Below are positions 1 to 8,401 of a DNA stretch of 52,297 nucleotides, one piece after another. Below the pieces are notes generated by a model, which saw only the letters and a program-made list of their open reading frames with translations, did not search any database and had not been told where the DNA came from. The position numbers and the translations under genes are program-made. The number at the start of each line of letters is the position of its first letter. Positions within the stretch are counted from its first letter, which is position 1. The stretch lies in NCBI GenBank assembly GCA_964649185.1, contig CAZYOO010000004.1, positions 1-52,297 of the forward strand, in the 5' to 3' direction. The stretch comes from an uncultured Dehalococcoidales bacterium (GTDB taxonomy: Bacteria; Chloroflexota; Dehalococcoidia; E44-bin15).

Positions 1-70
1 AGTCGGGCAATGACAAGGGAAATGGGGCTCCAGAAGGTTAACAAATAGAAAAAGCCCGTGGAGGGATCAA

Positions 71-481
71 ATGAGAAGGAAGCAGATATCCGTATTCATA
101 GAGAACCAGCCGGGGCACCTTCAGTCTATCCTCGAAGCCCTGGAGAAGGAAAAGGTGAGCATACTCGCCCTGTCGGTAAGCGATACCGCGGAGTTCGGCA
201 TAGTCCGCATGATAGTGGACGATGCGGACAAAGGGTTACAGCACATCCGCCAGGCTGGCTTCACCGCAAGGGTTGACGCATTGCTCAGCTACAACATCCC
301 CGACGTTCCGGGCGGGCTCCTGAACAGTGTCGTCACCCCCCTGTCCGCAGCCGGCATCAACATCAAGTACTTCTACGCCTACATCGAGCGCGGGGCCGAT
401 AGTAAGGCCACGGTCGTTTTCAAACCCAGCGACATCGACAAGGCGGAGGAGATACTCAAGGCGCAGCTGGCCGGCAAGTGA
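71..481 (+). CDS. ACT domain-containing protein (two ACT-like halves)
   Basis: 136-aa ORF with a GGAGGG SD just upstream. It has the 'ISVFIENQPGHLQSILEAL' and 'DVPGGLLNSVVTPLSAAGINI' segments typical of small tandem-ACT regulators. Confidence 0.75.
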   Translation: MRRKQISVFIENQPGHLQSILEALEKEKVSILALSVSDTAEFGIVRMIVDDADKGLQHIRQAGFTARVDALLSYNIPDVPGGLLNSVVTPLSAAGINIKYFYAYIERGADSKATVVFKPSDIDKAEEILKAQLAGK

Positions 482-534
482 GTCTCCACCTCAAACCGAA
501 CATGACAGAATTGCACCTGTCGTAAGGTCATATC

Positions 535-1242
535 ATGGTCTCCAATAACCTGCTTTTTAATGAAGACCAAGCGAAAACTCCTGACGAAATAAGAGAGCTA
601 ATCGCTGGGTTTCGATATAAAGAAGCAGTCCAAGAAATAATCGAGAAGTCTAACAGATTGTTGGATAGCGATGGAGAAGTATTTCTTGCATGTACAGCCC
701 GCATACTATCTAATTTCGGAATGACCAGAGCTGGTCCTTTCAAAGGCGTAGGAATAACAAGGTCGGGGAATATCAAAGGGAGAGAAATCCTCGTCCAGTG
801 CTGGAGTGAAATCGGAGACGACTTGATAGAGATACGTAGATCGGTGATAAACAGCGGGTATTCCAGGGACAGATTCCTCTTGGAATTGAGCAAGCGAGAA
901 TTTGACATATTGATAGCGCAAATCTGGGTAATGACTAAAAGGCTACTACCACTCACTATGGGGAAAACGTCTTATGGTCTGGTCGGAGCTAGTAAAATTC
1001 TGTTTGCGGTTCTGCCTGAGATTGTTCTGCCGGTAGACAGCCAACAATGGTTGCAGCTATTCAAAACAGTCGATATCGGAGATATTATTAAACGGATGAG
1101 GAGTGATATTCAACAATGGGAAGACATTACGCACCGCAGCCTTAACGAGGTGGATAATTCAAGAATACTCACCACGCTCCCATCTGTATACAATGTTATC
1201 ACAATGAATGCCAGACAGGAAAAAGCTATTCCAAATCACTGA
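535..1242 (+). CDS. hypothetical protein, AT-rich orphan
   Basis: Clean 235-aa ORF. Composition is clearly atypical: 41 G+C in nt 601-700 versus 64 in nt 301-400. I recognise no family motif with confidence. Confidence 0.6.
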   Translation: MVSNNLLFNEDQAKTPDEIRELIAGFRYKEAVQEIIEKSNRLLDSDGEVFLACTARILSNFGMTRAGPFKGVGITRSGNIKGREILVQCWSEIGDDLIEIRRSVINSGYSRDRFLLELSKREFDILIAQIWVMTKRLLPLTMGKTSYGLVGASKILFAVLPEIVLPVDSQQWLQLFKTVDIGDIIKRMRSDIQQWEDITHRSLNEVDNSRILTTLPSVYNVITMNARQEKAIPNH

Positions 1243-1275
1243 AGTCCGGTGCAACTCTAGCGAACCCCTCCACCA

Positions 1276-2463
1276 CTACCCTAACCCAAACTCCTCCGCG
1301 ACTTTCTTGAACCCCGCCAGCGACCCTTCAAGCACCCGGTCATCCACGCAGTAAGATATGCGGAAATAGCCGGGGGCGCCGAAACCCTTGCCCGGCACCA
1401 CCAGCACGTTGTGCTTCTGCAGTTCAGCAACAAAGCTCACATCATCGTCCATCGGCGACTTGGGGAACATGTAAAATGCCCCCTCAGGCTTGACCATAGA
1501 GTATCCCATCCCCTTAAGGCTGCCGTACAGGAAGTCCCGCTTCTGCTCGTAATCCTTTATGTCAACGGATGTGTCCTGCAACACCCTGACCACATTCTGC
1601 ATCAGCGCCGGCGCGTTCACGAAGCCGAGGGTGCGGTTACAGAACACCATGCCGTTCACCAGCTCCGCCCTGCCGTCGTAGCTGGGGCTTACCGCGATGT
1701 ATCCGATGCGCTCGCCCGGCAAGGCTAAGTCTTTCGAGTAGGAGGTGGCGATAATACTGCGGGGATGGAATTTAAACACGTAAGGGCAATCCACCCCGTC
1801 GTACACCAGCTTGCGATAGATATCATCGCTGATGAGGAATATCTCGCTCCCGTATTCCCGTTCCTTCTTGGCCAGCAACTCGCCGATGCCCGCCAGGACA
1901 TCGCGCCCGTAGACCGCGCCGGTGGGGTTGTTGGGCGAGTTTATCACCACCGCCCGGGTTCGAGGGGTTATGCACTTATCCAGAGCCTTCAGATCAGGTT
2001 GAAACCGCTCGTCCGTTTGCGCGATCTGCGGCACCCCCCAGGCGTTATCGATGTAATAAACGTATTCCACGAAGTACGGGGCGAATATGATGACCTCATC
2101 GCCGGCATTAAGGATCGTCTTCAATGTTACGTTAAGCGCGCCGGCGGCGCCGCAGGTCATCACTATCTCGTTCAGGGTGAACGGCAGGCCAGTCGCAGCG
2201 CAGAGGTGCCCGGCGACCGCGGAGCGGGTCTCCGGGTAACCGGCATTGGGCATGTAGCGGTGCATCCCTGCCTGCGGCTGCTCAACCCAGCGCCGTAGCT
2301 CATCGTGGAACGCCTGCGGCGGCTCCATCACCGGATTGCCCAGCGTCAAATCGAAGACGTTGCTCTCGCCGTACTTCTGCTTGAGGGCGATCCCCTCCTC
2401 GAACATCTTCCTGATCCAGCCGCCCCCCGCCATCTGCTGTTTCAACTTTTCAGAAATCGCCAT
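1276..2463 (-). CDS. pyridoxal-phosphate-dependent aminotransferase, class I/II (aspartate/aromatic type)
   Basis: Carries the 'VINSPNNPTG' and 'SYSKDLALPGERIGY' (PLP lysine) motifs. I placed the start at the internal ATG 2463 (MAISEK...), which is preceded by GGGAGG; the ORF extends to 2514. Confidence 0.9.
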   Translation of the reverse strand: MAISEKLKQQMAGGGWIRKMFEEGIALKQKYGESNVFDLTLGNPVMEPPQAFHDELRRWVEQPQAGMHRYMPNAGYPETRSAVAGHLCAATGLPFTLNEIVMTCGAAGALNVTLKTILNAGDEVIIFAPYFVEYVYYIDNAWGVPQIAQTDERFQPDLKALDKCITPRTRAVVINSPNNPTGAVYGRDVLAGIGELLAKKEREYGSEIFLISDDIYRKLVYDGVDCPYVFKFHPRSIIATSYSKDLALPGERIGYIAVSPSYDGRAELVNGMVFCNRTLGFVNAPALMQNVVRVLQDTSVDIKDYEQKRDFLYGSLKGMGYSMVKPEGAFYMFPKSPMDDDVSFVAELQKHNVLVVPGKGFGAPGYFRISYCVDDRVLEGSLAGFKKVAEEFGLG

Positions 2464-2531
2464 GGACTGTAACCTCCCGATGCTTGATGGGCACCGATTC
2501 AATGGCTCTATCAAGTCACCCCGGACGGGGC

Positions 2532-3551
2532 TTAAATATATCTGCCGACAGCCTCGGCTATAGGCCTCAGCTCCGCCATCAGCCGTTCGAAGTTGGGGAT
2601 GGTCAGCGCCTGCAAGCTATCCACCAGGGCCTCCTGCGGGTTGGGGTGGACCTCTATCAGCAACCCGTCAGCACCAGCCGCGATGGCCGCCTTGGCGATG
2701 CTCGGCACATACGCGAAGTGCCCCGATGCGTGGCTGGGATCCACTATTATCGGCAGGTGGCTGATCTGCTTGACCACCGAGATCGAACTGATGTCCAGCG
2801 AGAACCTGACGCTGTCCTCGAAGGTCCTGATCCCGCGCTCGCACAGTATCACCCGCCGATTGCCCTCGGCCAGCAGATAATCGGCTGCGGTGAGCCACTC
2901 TGATACGGTGGCAGACAGGCCTCGTTTCAACAGTATGGGGTGCCGCAGCTTGCTCAGCTCCTTCAACAGTGCGAAGTTCTGCATGTTGCGAGCACCGACC
3001 TGCAGTATGTCTGCGTGCTCGGCGATCATCTTAATATGCGGGGTGTCGAGCACCTCGGTGATGACAGGCATGCCGACATCAGACTTTACCTTCGACAGTA
3101 GCTTCAAGCCATCCTCCTCCAAGCCCTGGAAGCTGAACGGCGATGTGCGCGGCTTGAATGCACCTCCCCGGACGATCGCAGCCCCGCACTCCTTGACCCC
3201 CTTGGCCGTCTCCATCAGCTGCTCCTCGCTCTCCACGGCACACGGGCCGGCCATCACTATCACCCGCTGCCCGCCGATCTCGACACCGGAAACGTTCACC
3301 TTGCTCGCCCTGGGGTGGAACTCCCTGGAGGCCAGCTTATACGGTTTCATCACCCGGGTTACGCTCTCCACGCCCGGCAGAACGGCGAACACGTCCGTCT
3401 GCACCTTACCGGTATTGCCCCCCAAGATGGCCACCACCGTCTTCTCGGTGCCCAGGTTCAATTGCACCTCGAAGCCGTAGGAGTGAGCCCGTTCCACCAC
3501 GTGTTCGACCTGTTCTTCGGTAGCGCCTTTGCTCATCTCAACGATCATCAC
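2532..3551 (-). CDS. aroF: 3-deoxy-7-phosphoheptulonate (DAHP) synthase, type I-beta with N-terminal ferredoxin-like regulatory domain
   Basis: Carries the 'MAGPCAVESEEQ', 'AFKPRTSPFSFQG' and 'IIVDPSHASG' motifs. The ~70-aa N-terminal extension matches Thermotoga-type DAHPS. Start is GTG 3551 or ATG 3548, after GGTGAGG. Confidence 0.9.
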   Translation of the reverse strand: MMIVEMSKGATEEQVEHVVERAHSYGFEVQLNLGTEKTVVAILGGNTGKVQTDVFAVLPGVESVTRVMKPYKLASREFHPRASKVNVSGVEIGGQRVIVMAGPCAVESEEQLMETAKGVKECGAAIVRGGAFKPRTSPFSFQGLEEDGLKLLSKVKSDVGMPVITEVLDTPHIKMIAEHADILQVGARNMQNFALLKELSKLRHPILLKRGLSATVSEWLTAADYLLAEGNRRVILCERGIRTFEDSVRFSLDISSISVVKQISHLPIIVDPSHASGHFAYVPSIAKAAIAAGADGLLIEVHPNPQEALVDSLQALTIPNFERLMAELRPIAEAVGRYI

Positions 3552-3611
3552 TTAGTACCTCACCAGTGTTATATCCAGCACATATGCCGCATTCTGCCAC
3601 GCCAATCCATA

Positions 3612-4016
3612 TCAAGCCCTGGGTCCCATCGATACCGTGGCCCCGCTTGCGCGGGCGATCACCTTGCCTTCGGAATCGCTGACCGTCATCTCGGATGCTC
3701 CCACCCGCTTGCCGGCGCGGATGATCCTGGACTCCGCGTAGATGGTCTCACCTACCGGCGCCGCTGACAGGAAATGGATGTTCATCTGTATCGCAACATG
3801 GATGTTGTCCATCGTGTTGCAGGCACAGCCGAAGGCCTGATCCAGCAACGTTGCTATGATGCCCCCATGTATCATGTTATCCCAGTTCAGGAACTCCTCC
3901 CTCAATTCGAGCTTCACCTTGGCGTAGCCCTCAGACAGTTCCTCAAGCTTCATGCCCAGGAACATGGCGCACGGTGACTCATCGAATTTCCTGCGCAACT
4001 GCTCGATATCTGCCAT
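3612..4016 (-). CDS. PaaI-family hotdog-fold thioesterase
   Basis: 'NMIHGGIIATLLDQAFGCA' is the PaaI/4HBT signature. I placed the start at ATG 4016 (MADIEQ...), preceded by AGGAGA; the longer ORF to 4109 has no SD. Confidence 0.8.
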   Translation of the reverse strand: MADIEQLRRKFDESPCAMFLGMKLEELSEGYAKVKLELREEFLNWDNMIHGGIIATLLDQAFGCACNTMDNIHVAIQMNIHFLSAAPVGETIYAESRIIRAGKRVGASEMTVSDSEGKVIARASGATVSMGPRA

Positions 4017-4062
4017 CCGTTGTTCTCCTGATTCAAAACGTTTGTATTCCCCACATAGCAAG

Positions 4063-4091
4063 ATTGTAGCAACAAAGGGACACCACCGCAA
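4063..4091 (-). promoter_or_regulatory. candidate sigma-70 promoter for the thioesterase gene
   Basis: On the minus strand: TTGCGG (4086-4091), 17-nt spacer, TACAAT (4063-4068). Confidence 0.35.
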
Positions 4092-4174
4092 CTGTGTTGA
4101 TCCCGTCACCCGAAAATACCGCCCTCACCCATGTTTGTCGACACGATCGACCAGACTATTATCAGACGCCTCCC

Positions 4175-4206
4175 GAAAAGAAAAGCGGGGAGGCAAACCT
4201 CCCCGC
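4175..4206 (-). terminator. intrinsic terminator after the thiolase gene
   Basis: The minus strand reads GCGGGGAGG-TTTG-CCTCCCCGC followed by TTTTCTTTTC. It lies 49 nt downstream of the thiolase stop. Confidence 0.55.
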
Positions 4207-4254
4207 CATCTGTCACGGTCGCCTATTGCCGACGGTGAGCGCAGCAGGCAGCCT

Positions 4255-5424
4255 CTACAAACCAACCAGGCAGACGCTGACCACCGGCGCGTACGGCTCG
4301 TTCCCCATGTTGTGGGCCAGGCCCAGCTTGGGGTCTTTGATCTGGCGCTTGTCCGCCCTGCCCTGCAGCTGGAGGTACAGCTCGTATATCATCCTGATGC
4401 CGGAGGCGCCGATGGGGTGCCCGAAGCACTTCAGCCCCCCGTCGGGCTGCACCGGCAGCGCGCCGTCGAGCTGGAACGTGCCCGCCTCGATATCCTCCTT
4501 CACCTTCCCCCGTGGGCTGAACTGCATGTCCTCCATAGTAACCGCCTCGGTGATGGAGAAACAATCGTGCACCTCCGCCATGCTCACTTCCTTGCGCGGA
4601 TCCTTCACCCCTGCCTCTTTATAGGCGGCGATGCCGGCGCGGTAAGCCTCCTCCACGTGTGTATAGTCGAAGTCGGATGTCATCCGCCCCGAGGTAGGGC
4701 TGGCGCTAATCTGGAGGGACTTTATATATACCGGGTCGGGGCGGAACTTCTTGGCCATATCGGCGCGGCACAGCACGGCGGCCGAGCCACCGTCGGACAC
4801 GCCGCAGCAGTCGAACAGCCCCAGCGGCCAGGCGATGAGAGGCGCGTTCAACACCTGCTCGATGGTCAGCTCCCGCCGCAGGTGCGCCTTGGGGTTGAGC
4901 ATCCCGTTCTTGTGGCTCTTGACCGATATCTTGGCCAGCATGGTCTTGCCCTCCTCGGGGCTCAGCCCGTAGCGGTCGAAGTACCTGGTGGCCATGATGG
5001 CGAACACCCCGGGCATGCTCGACTGGTAATGCGTGTTGGTGCGGTTCTCCATGCCCGGCAGACCGCTCATGCCCTCATCCTTCAGCTTCTCGAAGCCCAC
5101 CGCCAGACATACATCGTAGATGCCGGCGGCGATGGCATAGGCCGCACCCCTGATGGCCTCATGCCCCGAGCCGCAGGCGTTCTCCACCCGGGTAACCGGG
5201 ATATACTGCAGCTTCAGCGGCTCGCTCAGTGCCCGGCCGCCGTTGCCGCTGAACAGGGTACCGACCCACGCCGCCTCGATGTCCTTGGACTCGACACCGG
5301 CGTCCTGGTATGCCTCGCTGACCGCATCGATGATCAGGTCGCTGGGGCCCCTGCCCCACAGCTCACCGAACTTGGTGCAGCCCATACCTACTATTGCAAC
5401 TCTATCTTTAATACTTCCTGACAT
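4255..5424 (-). CDS. thiolase (SCP-x / archaeal-type acetyl-CoA C-acetyltransferase family), catalytic residues present
   Basis: 'RVAIVGMGCTKFG' N-terminus, 'VENACGSGHEAI' (nucleophilic Cys) and 'CFGHPIGASGIRM' (His). AGGAGG SD is present. It starts 12 nt after the stop of the upstream HMGCS-like gene. Confidence 0.9.
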   Translation of the reverse strand: MSGSIKDRVAIVGMGCTKFGELWGRGPSDLIIDAVSEAYQDAGVESKDIEAAWVGTLFSGNGGRALSEPLKLQYIPVTRVENACGSGHEAIRGAAYAIAAGIYDVCLAVGFEKLKDEGMSGLPGMENRTNTHYQSSMPGVFAIMATRYFDRYGLSPEEGKTMLAKISVKSHKNGMLNPKAHLRRELTIEQVLNAPLIAWPLGLFDCCGVSDGGSAAVLCRADMAKKFRPDPVYIKSLQISASPTSGRMTSDFDYTHVEEAYRAGIAAYKEAGVKDPRKEVSMAEVHDCFSITEAVTMEDMQFSPRGKVKEDIEAGTFQLDGALPVQPDGGLKCFGHPIGASGIRMIYELYLQLQGRADKRQIKDPKLGLAHNMGNEPYAPVVSVCLVGL

Positions 5425-5436
5425 CTTTTGCCTCCT

Positions 5437-6885
5437 TTAAAACCTCACCGGCCGGACTTTCCAGAAGTAGTTGGTGAGCCCCCGGTCGGACTGCAGCTTC
5501 CTGAAGGTCAACTCGACCTTCGTTCCCACCTTGATCTCATCGGGATCACGATCGGTGAGGTCGAAGAATGCCCTGCCGCCGCCCTCGAACTCTACCAGCA
5601 CCACGGATGCCGGCGGGTCCACCACCGGAGCCAATTGGTCGTGGGTATAGCTGAAGACCGTGGCCGTCTTCCCCACAAAGCAGTAGTCATCGAAATCATC
5701 CTGCGATTGACACTTGGCGCAGACCCTGATGGGCGGGGTGCTCATCGCGCCGTTGTCGTATTGCGGCGTGCCGCACTTCCGGCACTTCACGCCCCACAGA
5801 CCGAGCAATACCTTTCTGTCGCGCCAGTTGGCGGACAGGCGAATATGCTGTTTCTCAGGGCGCCTGGCGGCCTCGATGGGTATGGCATCGCGCCATTTGA
5901 GCAGGCTTGCATAGTTGCTGAATGATTTCTTGACCAGCATGTGCTGGGTTACGCCGCGCCGTTCGGGGAGCTTCTTTATCGCGTCGGTCACCTGGAACAC
6001 GAAGGCATCAGCACCGTTAGCACAGCCCACGAAGAGGATCTTGTCCCCGGGCTTGGCTGTCTCCAGTGCGGCCGCCAGCATCATCGGCGCCATCGCGCTG
6101 CCGGTCATCCCCACATTCAGGAAGAAGCCGAACGGGTCCTGCACCTGCTCCGCAGTAAATCCCATCTGCGCCACCACTTTCCCGTGCCTGCGGGCGTCCC
6201 CCGGGGGATCGAACACCACCTTGGCCAGGTCGCCCGCCTTGAGGCCGCATTTATCCAGAATCTTAGTGATGATCTGCGGGACTATCTTGGAGTAGCCCTC
6301 GTCCATCGTCATGCGGTCTTCCCACGAGCGCACGAAGCTATCGCTCTCGGACCTCCACGTGGCGGCCAGGTCATCGGACAGGGAGCAGTACTCCACGACC
6401 TCTGCTATGACTTTATCCTTGCCTATCAGGAATGCAGCCGCGCCGTCGCCCAGCGATTGCTCAGCCATGCCGGCAGGTGCCCCCACGCGGCAATCGGATA
6501 CCGCCACCAGAACGCTGCCGGCCGCGCCGGCCTTGACCGCATCCAGCGCCATCGCCATCGCCGTCGTGCCGCAGCGCAACGTCGCACCGACATCGGCGGT
6601 ACGGATGTCATCGCGCATGTTGAGCGCCAGGCCCATCGTGGTAGCGCTCGATTTCTCCTTATAGGGCGCCGTGGTGGTGGCGAAGTACAGGCCGTCTACT
6701 TTCTGCGGATCGAAGTCCTTGAGGCAGTTCATCGAGGCCTCCACGGCCATGGTAACGCTGTCCTCATCGAAGTACGCTACCGACCTCTCCCCGGGGATGG
6801 CGAAAAACTCCCAGGCTTTCAGGAACTGCTGCCGGTCTAACCGGTGCCACGGGATGTAGGCGCCATACGATGTTATTCCTATCAT
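5437..6885 (-). CDS. HMG-CoA synthase-fold condensing enzyme fused to a C-terminal DUF35 (Zn-ribbon + OB-fold) domain
   Basis: The N-terminal body has 'IGITSYGAYIP', 'FDEDSVTMA' and 'ATLRCGTTAMAMA'. The C-terminal ~135 aa have 'CRKCGTPQ...VCAKC' plus an OB-like segment. ATG 6885 has AGGAG at a 6-nt spacing; the alternative ATG 6891 abuts the SD. Confidence 0.85.
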   Translation of the reverse strand: MIGITSYGAYIPWHRLDRQQFLKAWEFFAIPGERSVAYFDEDSVTMAVEASMNCLKDFDPQKVDGLYFATTTAPYKEKSSATTMGLALNMRDDIRTADVGATLRCGTTAMAMALDAVKAGAAGSVLVAVSDCRVGAPAGMAEQSLGDGAAAFLIGKDKVIAEVVEYCSLSDDLAATWRSESDSFVRSWEDRMTMDEGYSKIVPQIITKILDKCGLKAGDLAKVVFDPPGDARRHGKVVAQMGFTAEQVQDPFGFFLNVGMTGSAMAPMMLAAALETAKPGDKILFVGCANGADAFVFQVTDAIKKLPERRGVTQHMLVKKSFSNYASLLKWRDAIPIEAARRPEKQHIRLSANWRDRKVLLGLWGVKCRKCGTPQYDNGAMSTPPIRVCAKCQSQDDFDDYCFVGKTATVFSYTHDQLAPVVDPPASVVLVEFEGGGRAFFDLTDRDPDEIKVGTKVELTFRKLQSDRGLTNYFWKVRPVRF

Positions 6886-6926
6886 TCGCATCTCCTGTTT
6901 ATTTTCGGGCTTAGCCCCAAGCGGTT

Positions 6927-6956
6927 ATTATGCTTGAATTACGTTAGGGATGTCAA
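6927..6956 (-). promoter_or_regulatory. candidate promoter of the HMGCS-DUF35/thiolase operon
   Basis: On the minus strand: TTGACA (6951-6956), 18-nt spacer, CATAAT (6927-6932). Confidence 0.4.
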
Positions 6957-7074
6957 GCTCTGGGCGAGTCGGAACCCGAATCACGCGCGATATGTCGGAG
7001 GCCAATCTAAAGCACTCGTAATTGGGGAAATGTGAGTGATTTTACTTAATTCTAATCGCGTTTATACCATAAGC

Positions 7075-7103
7075 CTTGACAGCCGGCTTGCGGTTGGGAT
7101 AAC
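7075..7103 (+). promoter_or_regulatory. candidate promoter of the thiolase-fold/DUF35 operon
   Basis: TTGACA (7075-7080), 17-nt spacer, ATAACA (7098-7103). This would give a leader of roughly 135 nt before ATG 7244. Confidence 0.4.
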
Positions 7104-7243
7104 ATAGCTGTAGTGTCTAGCGGGACAATACCAATCAGGTGAACGGAATACAACGGGCTGGCGTTTCTGTTGAGGCGTGAGCCCGCTCTTTGTGCATAAG
7201 ACGCTTGAAATATAGATGGCAACGCCTGAGGAAGGAGACACAT

Positions 7244-8389
7244 ATGGCAGAAAGAGTGGCAATTGTGGCCGTGGCCCAGACGAAGTACGCCGCCTGCAGG
7301 GCCGACGTCAACGAGGAGGAGTTGGCCTACGAGGCCATAAAGCAGGTGCTGGATGAGACCGGCGTCACCCTGTCCGAGATCGGGTCTGCCGTCACCTGCT
7401 CGCAGGACTTCTGGGACGGCAGGACCATATCCAGCATGAACATTCAGCACGTTGTGGGAGCGCATTTAAGCCATGAGGACAATATCTCCGAGGACGGGCT
7501 GAACGCCGTCTATGCCGCCATGGCTCAGATCCTCTCCGGACATCACGACCTTATCCTGCTCGAAGCCCACACCAAGGAATCCCAGGCCGACAAGAGCCTG
7601 ATCGAGAACGCCGCCCTGGACCCCATCTTCATGCGGCAGCTGGGGCTGGATTTCACATCGGCAGCGGCGATGCAGGCTAAGAGATACATGTACAAATACG
7701 GTATAACGCCGGAGCAATGTGCCAAAGTCGTAGTTCGCAACCGCGCCAATGCAAGGAACAACCCGCTGGCTCAGGAGCCGCTGGACCTCACCGTGGACGA
7801 TGTCCTCGGCTCCAGGATGGTCATCTCCCCTATCAGGCTGCTTGATATGAAGCCCATATCGGACGGCGCCTGCGCCATGATAATGGCATCCGAGTCCAGG
7901 GCTAAGAAACTGACCAAGAAGCCGGTATGGATACTGGGCGCTTCCAACAGCTACGAGGCGCATTACCTCGGAGACCGCGACCTGGCCGATTGCGATGCCC
8001 TGACGCAGGCCGCGAAGAAGGCCTACAGCATGGCCGGCATCGGCAATCCGGTTAAAGAGCTTGACGTCGCTGAGATTTCAACCGAGTACTCCTACCAGGA
8101 GCCGCTGTGGCTGGAGGGGCTCGGTTTCTGCGACCGTGGTCAGGGCGGGAAGCTGGTGGAATCCGGCACCGTTAAGATGGGAGGCAGGCTCCCGCTCAAC
8201 CCGTCGGGCGGGGTGCTGGCGGGCAACCCCAACGGTGTGGCCGGGATGGCGCGCGTCATCGAGGCGACGCTGCAGTTACGCGGCGAGGCGGGTGACCGGC
8301 AGGTGAAGAGAGCCAAGACGGCGCTGGCCCACGGATACACCGGGATGTGCGGGCAGCATCAGGCGGTTATGATACTGGGCAACATGTAG
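7244..8389 (+). CDS. thiolase-fold protein lacking canonical Cys/His (paralogue A)
   Basis: The overall SCP-x thiolase pattern is present ('RVAIVAVAQTKY', 'LNPSGGVLAG', 'LQLRGEAGDRQV'). However, 'NISEDG' replaces 'NACGSG' and 'GNPNGVAG' replaces 'GHPIGASG'. ATG 7244 follows GGAAGGAG. Confidence 0.85.
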   Translation: MAERVAIVAVAQTKYAACRADVNEEELAYEAIKQVLDETGVTLSEIGSAVTCSQDFWDGRTISSMNIQHVVGAHLSHEDNISEDGLNAVYAAMAQILSGHHDLILLEAHTKESQADKSLIENAALDPIFMRQLGLDFTSAAAMQAKRYMYKYGITPEQCAKVVVRNRANARNNPLAQEPLDLTVDDVLGSRMVISPIRLLDMKPISDGACAMIMASESRAKKLTKKPVWILGASNSYEAHYLGDRDLADCDALTQAAKKAYSMAGIGNPVKELDVAEISTEYSYQEPLWLEGLGFCDRGQGGKLVESGTVKMGGRLPLNPSGGVLAGNPNGVAGMARVIEATLQLRGEAGDRQVKRAKTALAHGYTGMCGQHQAVMILGNM

Positions 8390-8401
8390 TCGGAGGAAGA
8401 T

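Noticed and set aside
3952-5421. 489-aa ORF on the plus strand
   Set aside because: It lies entirely antisense to the well-supported thiolase gene. The product is Arg/Ala/Gly/His/Pro-rich low-complexity, with no SD. This is a typical GC-driven shadow ORF.
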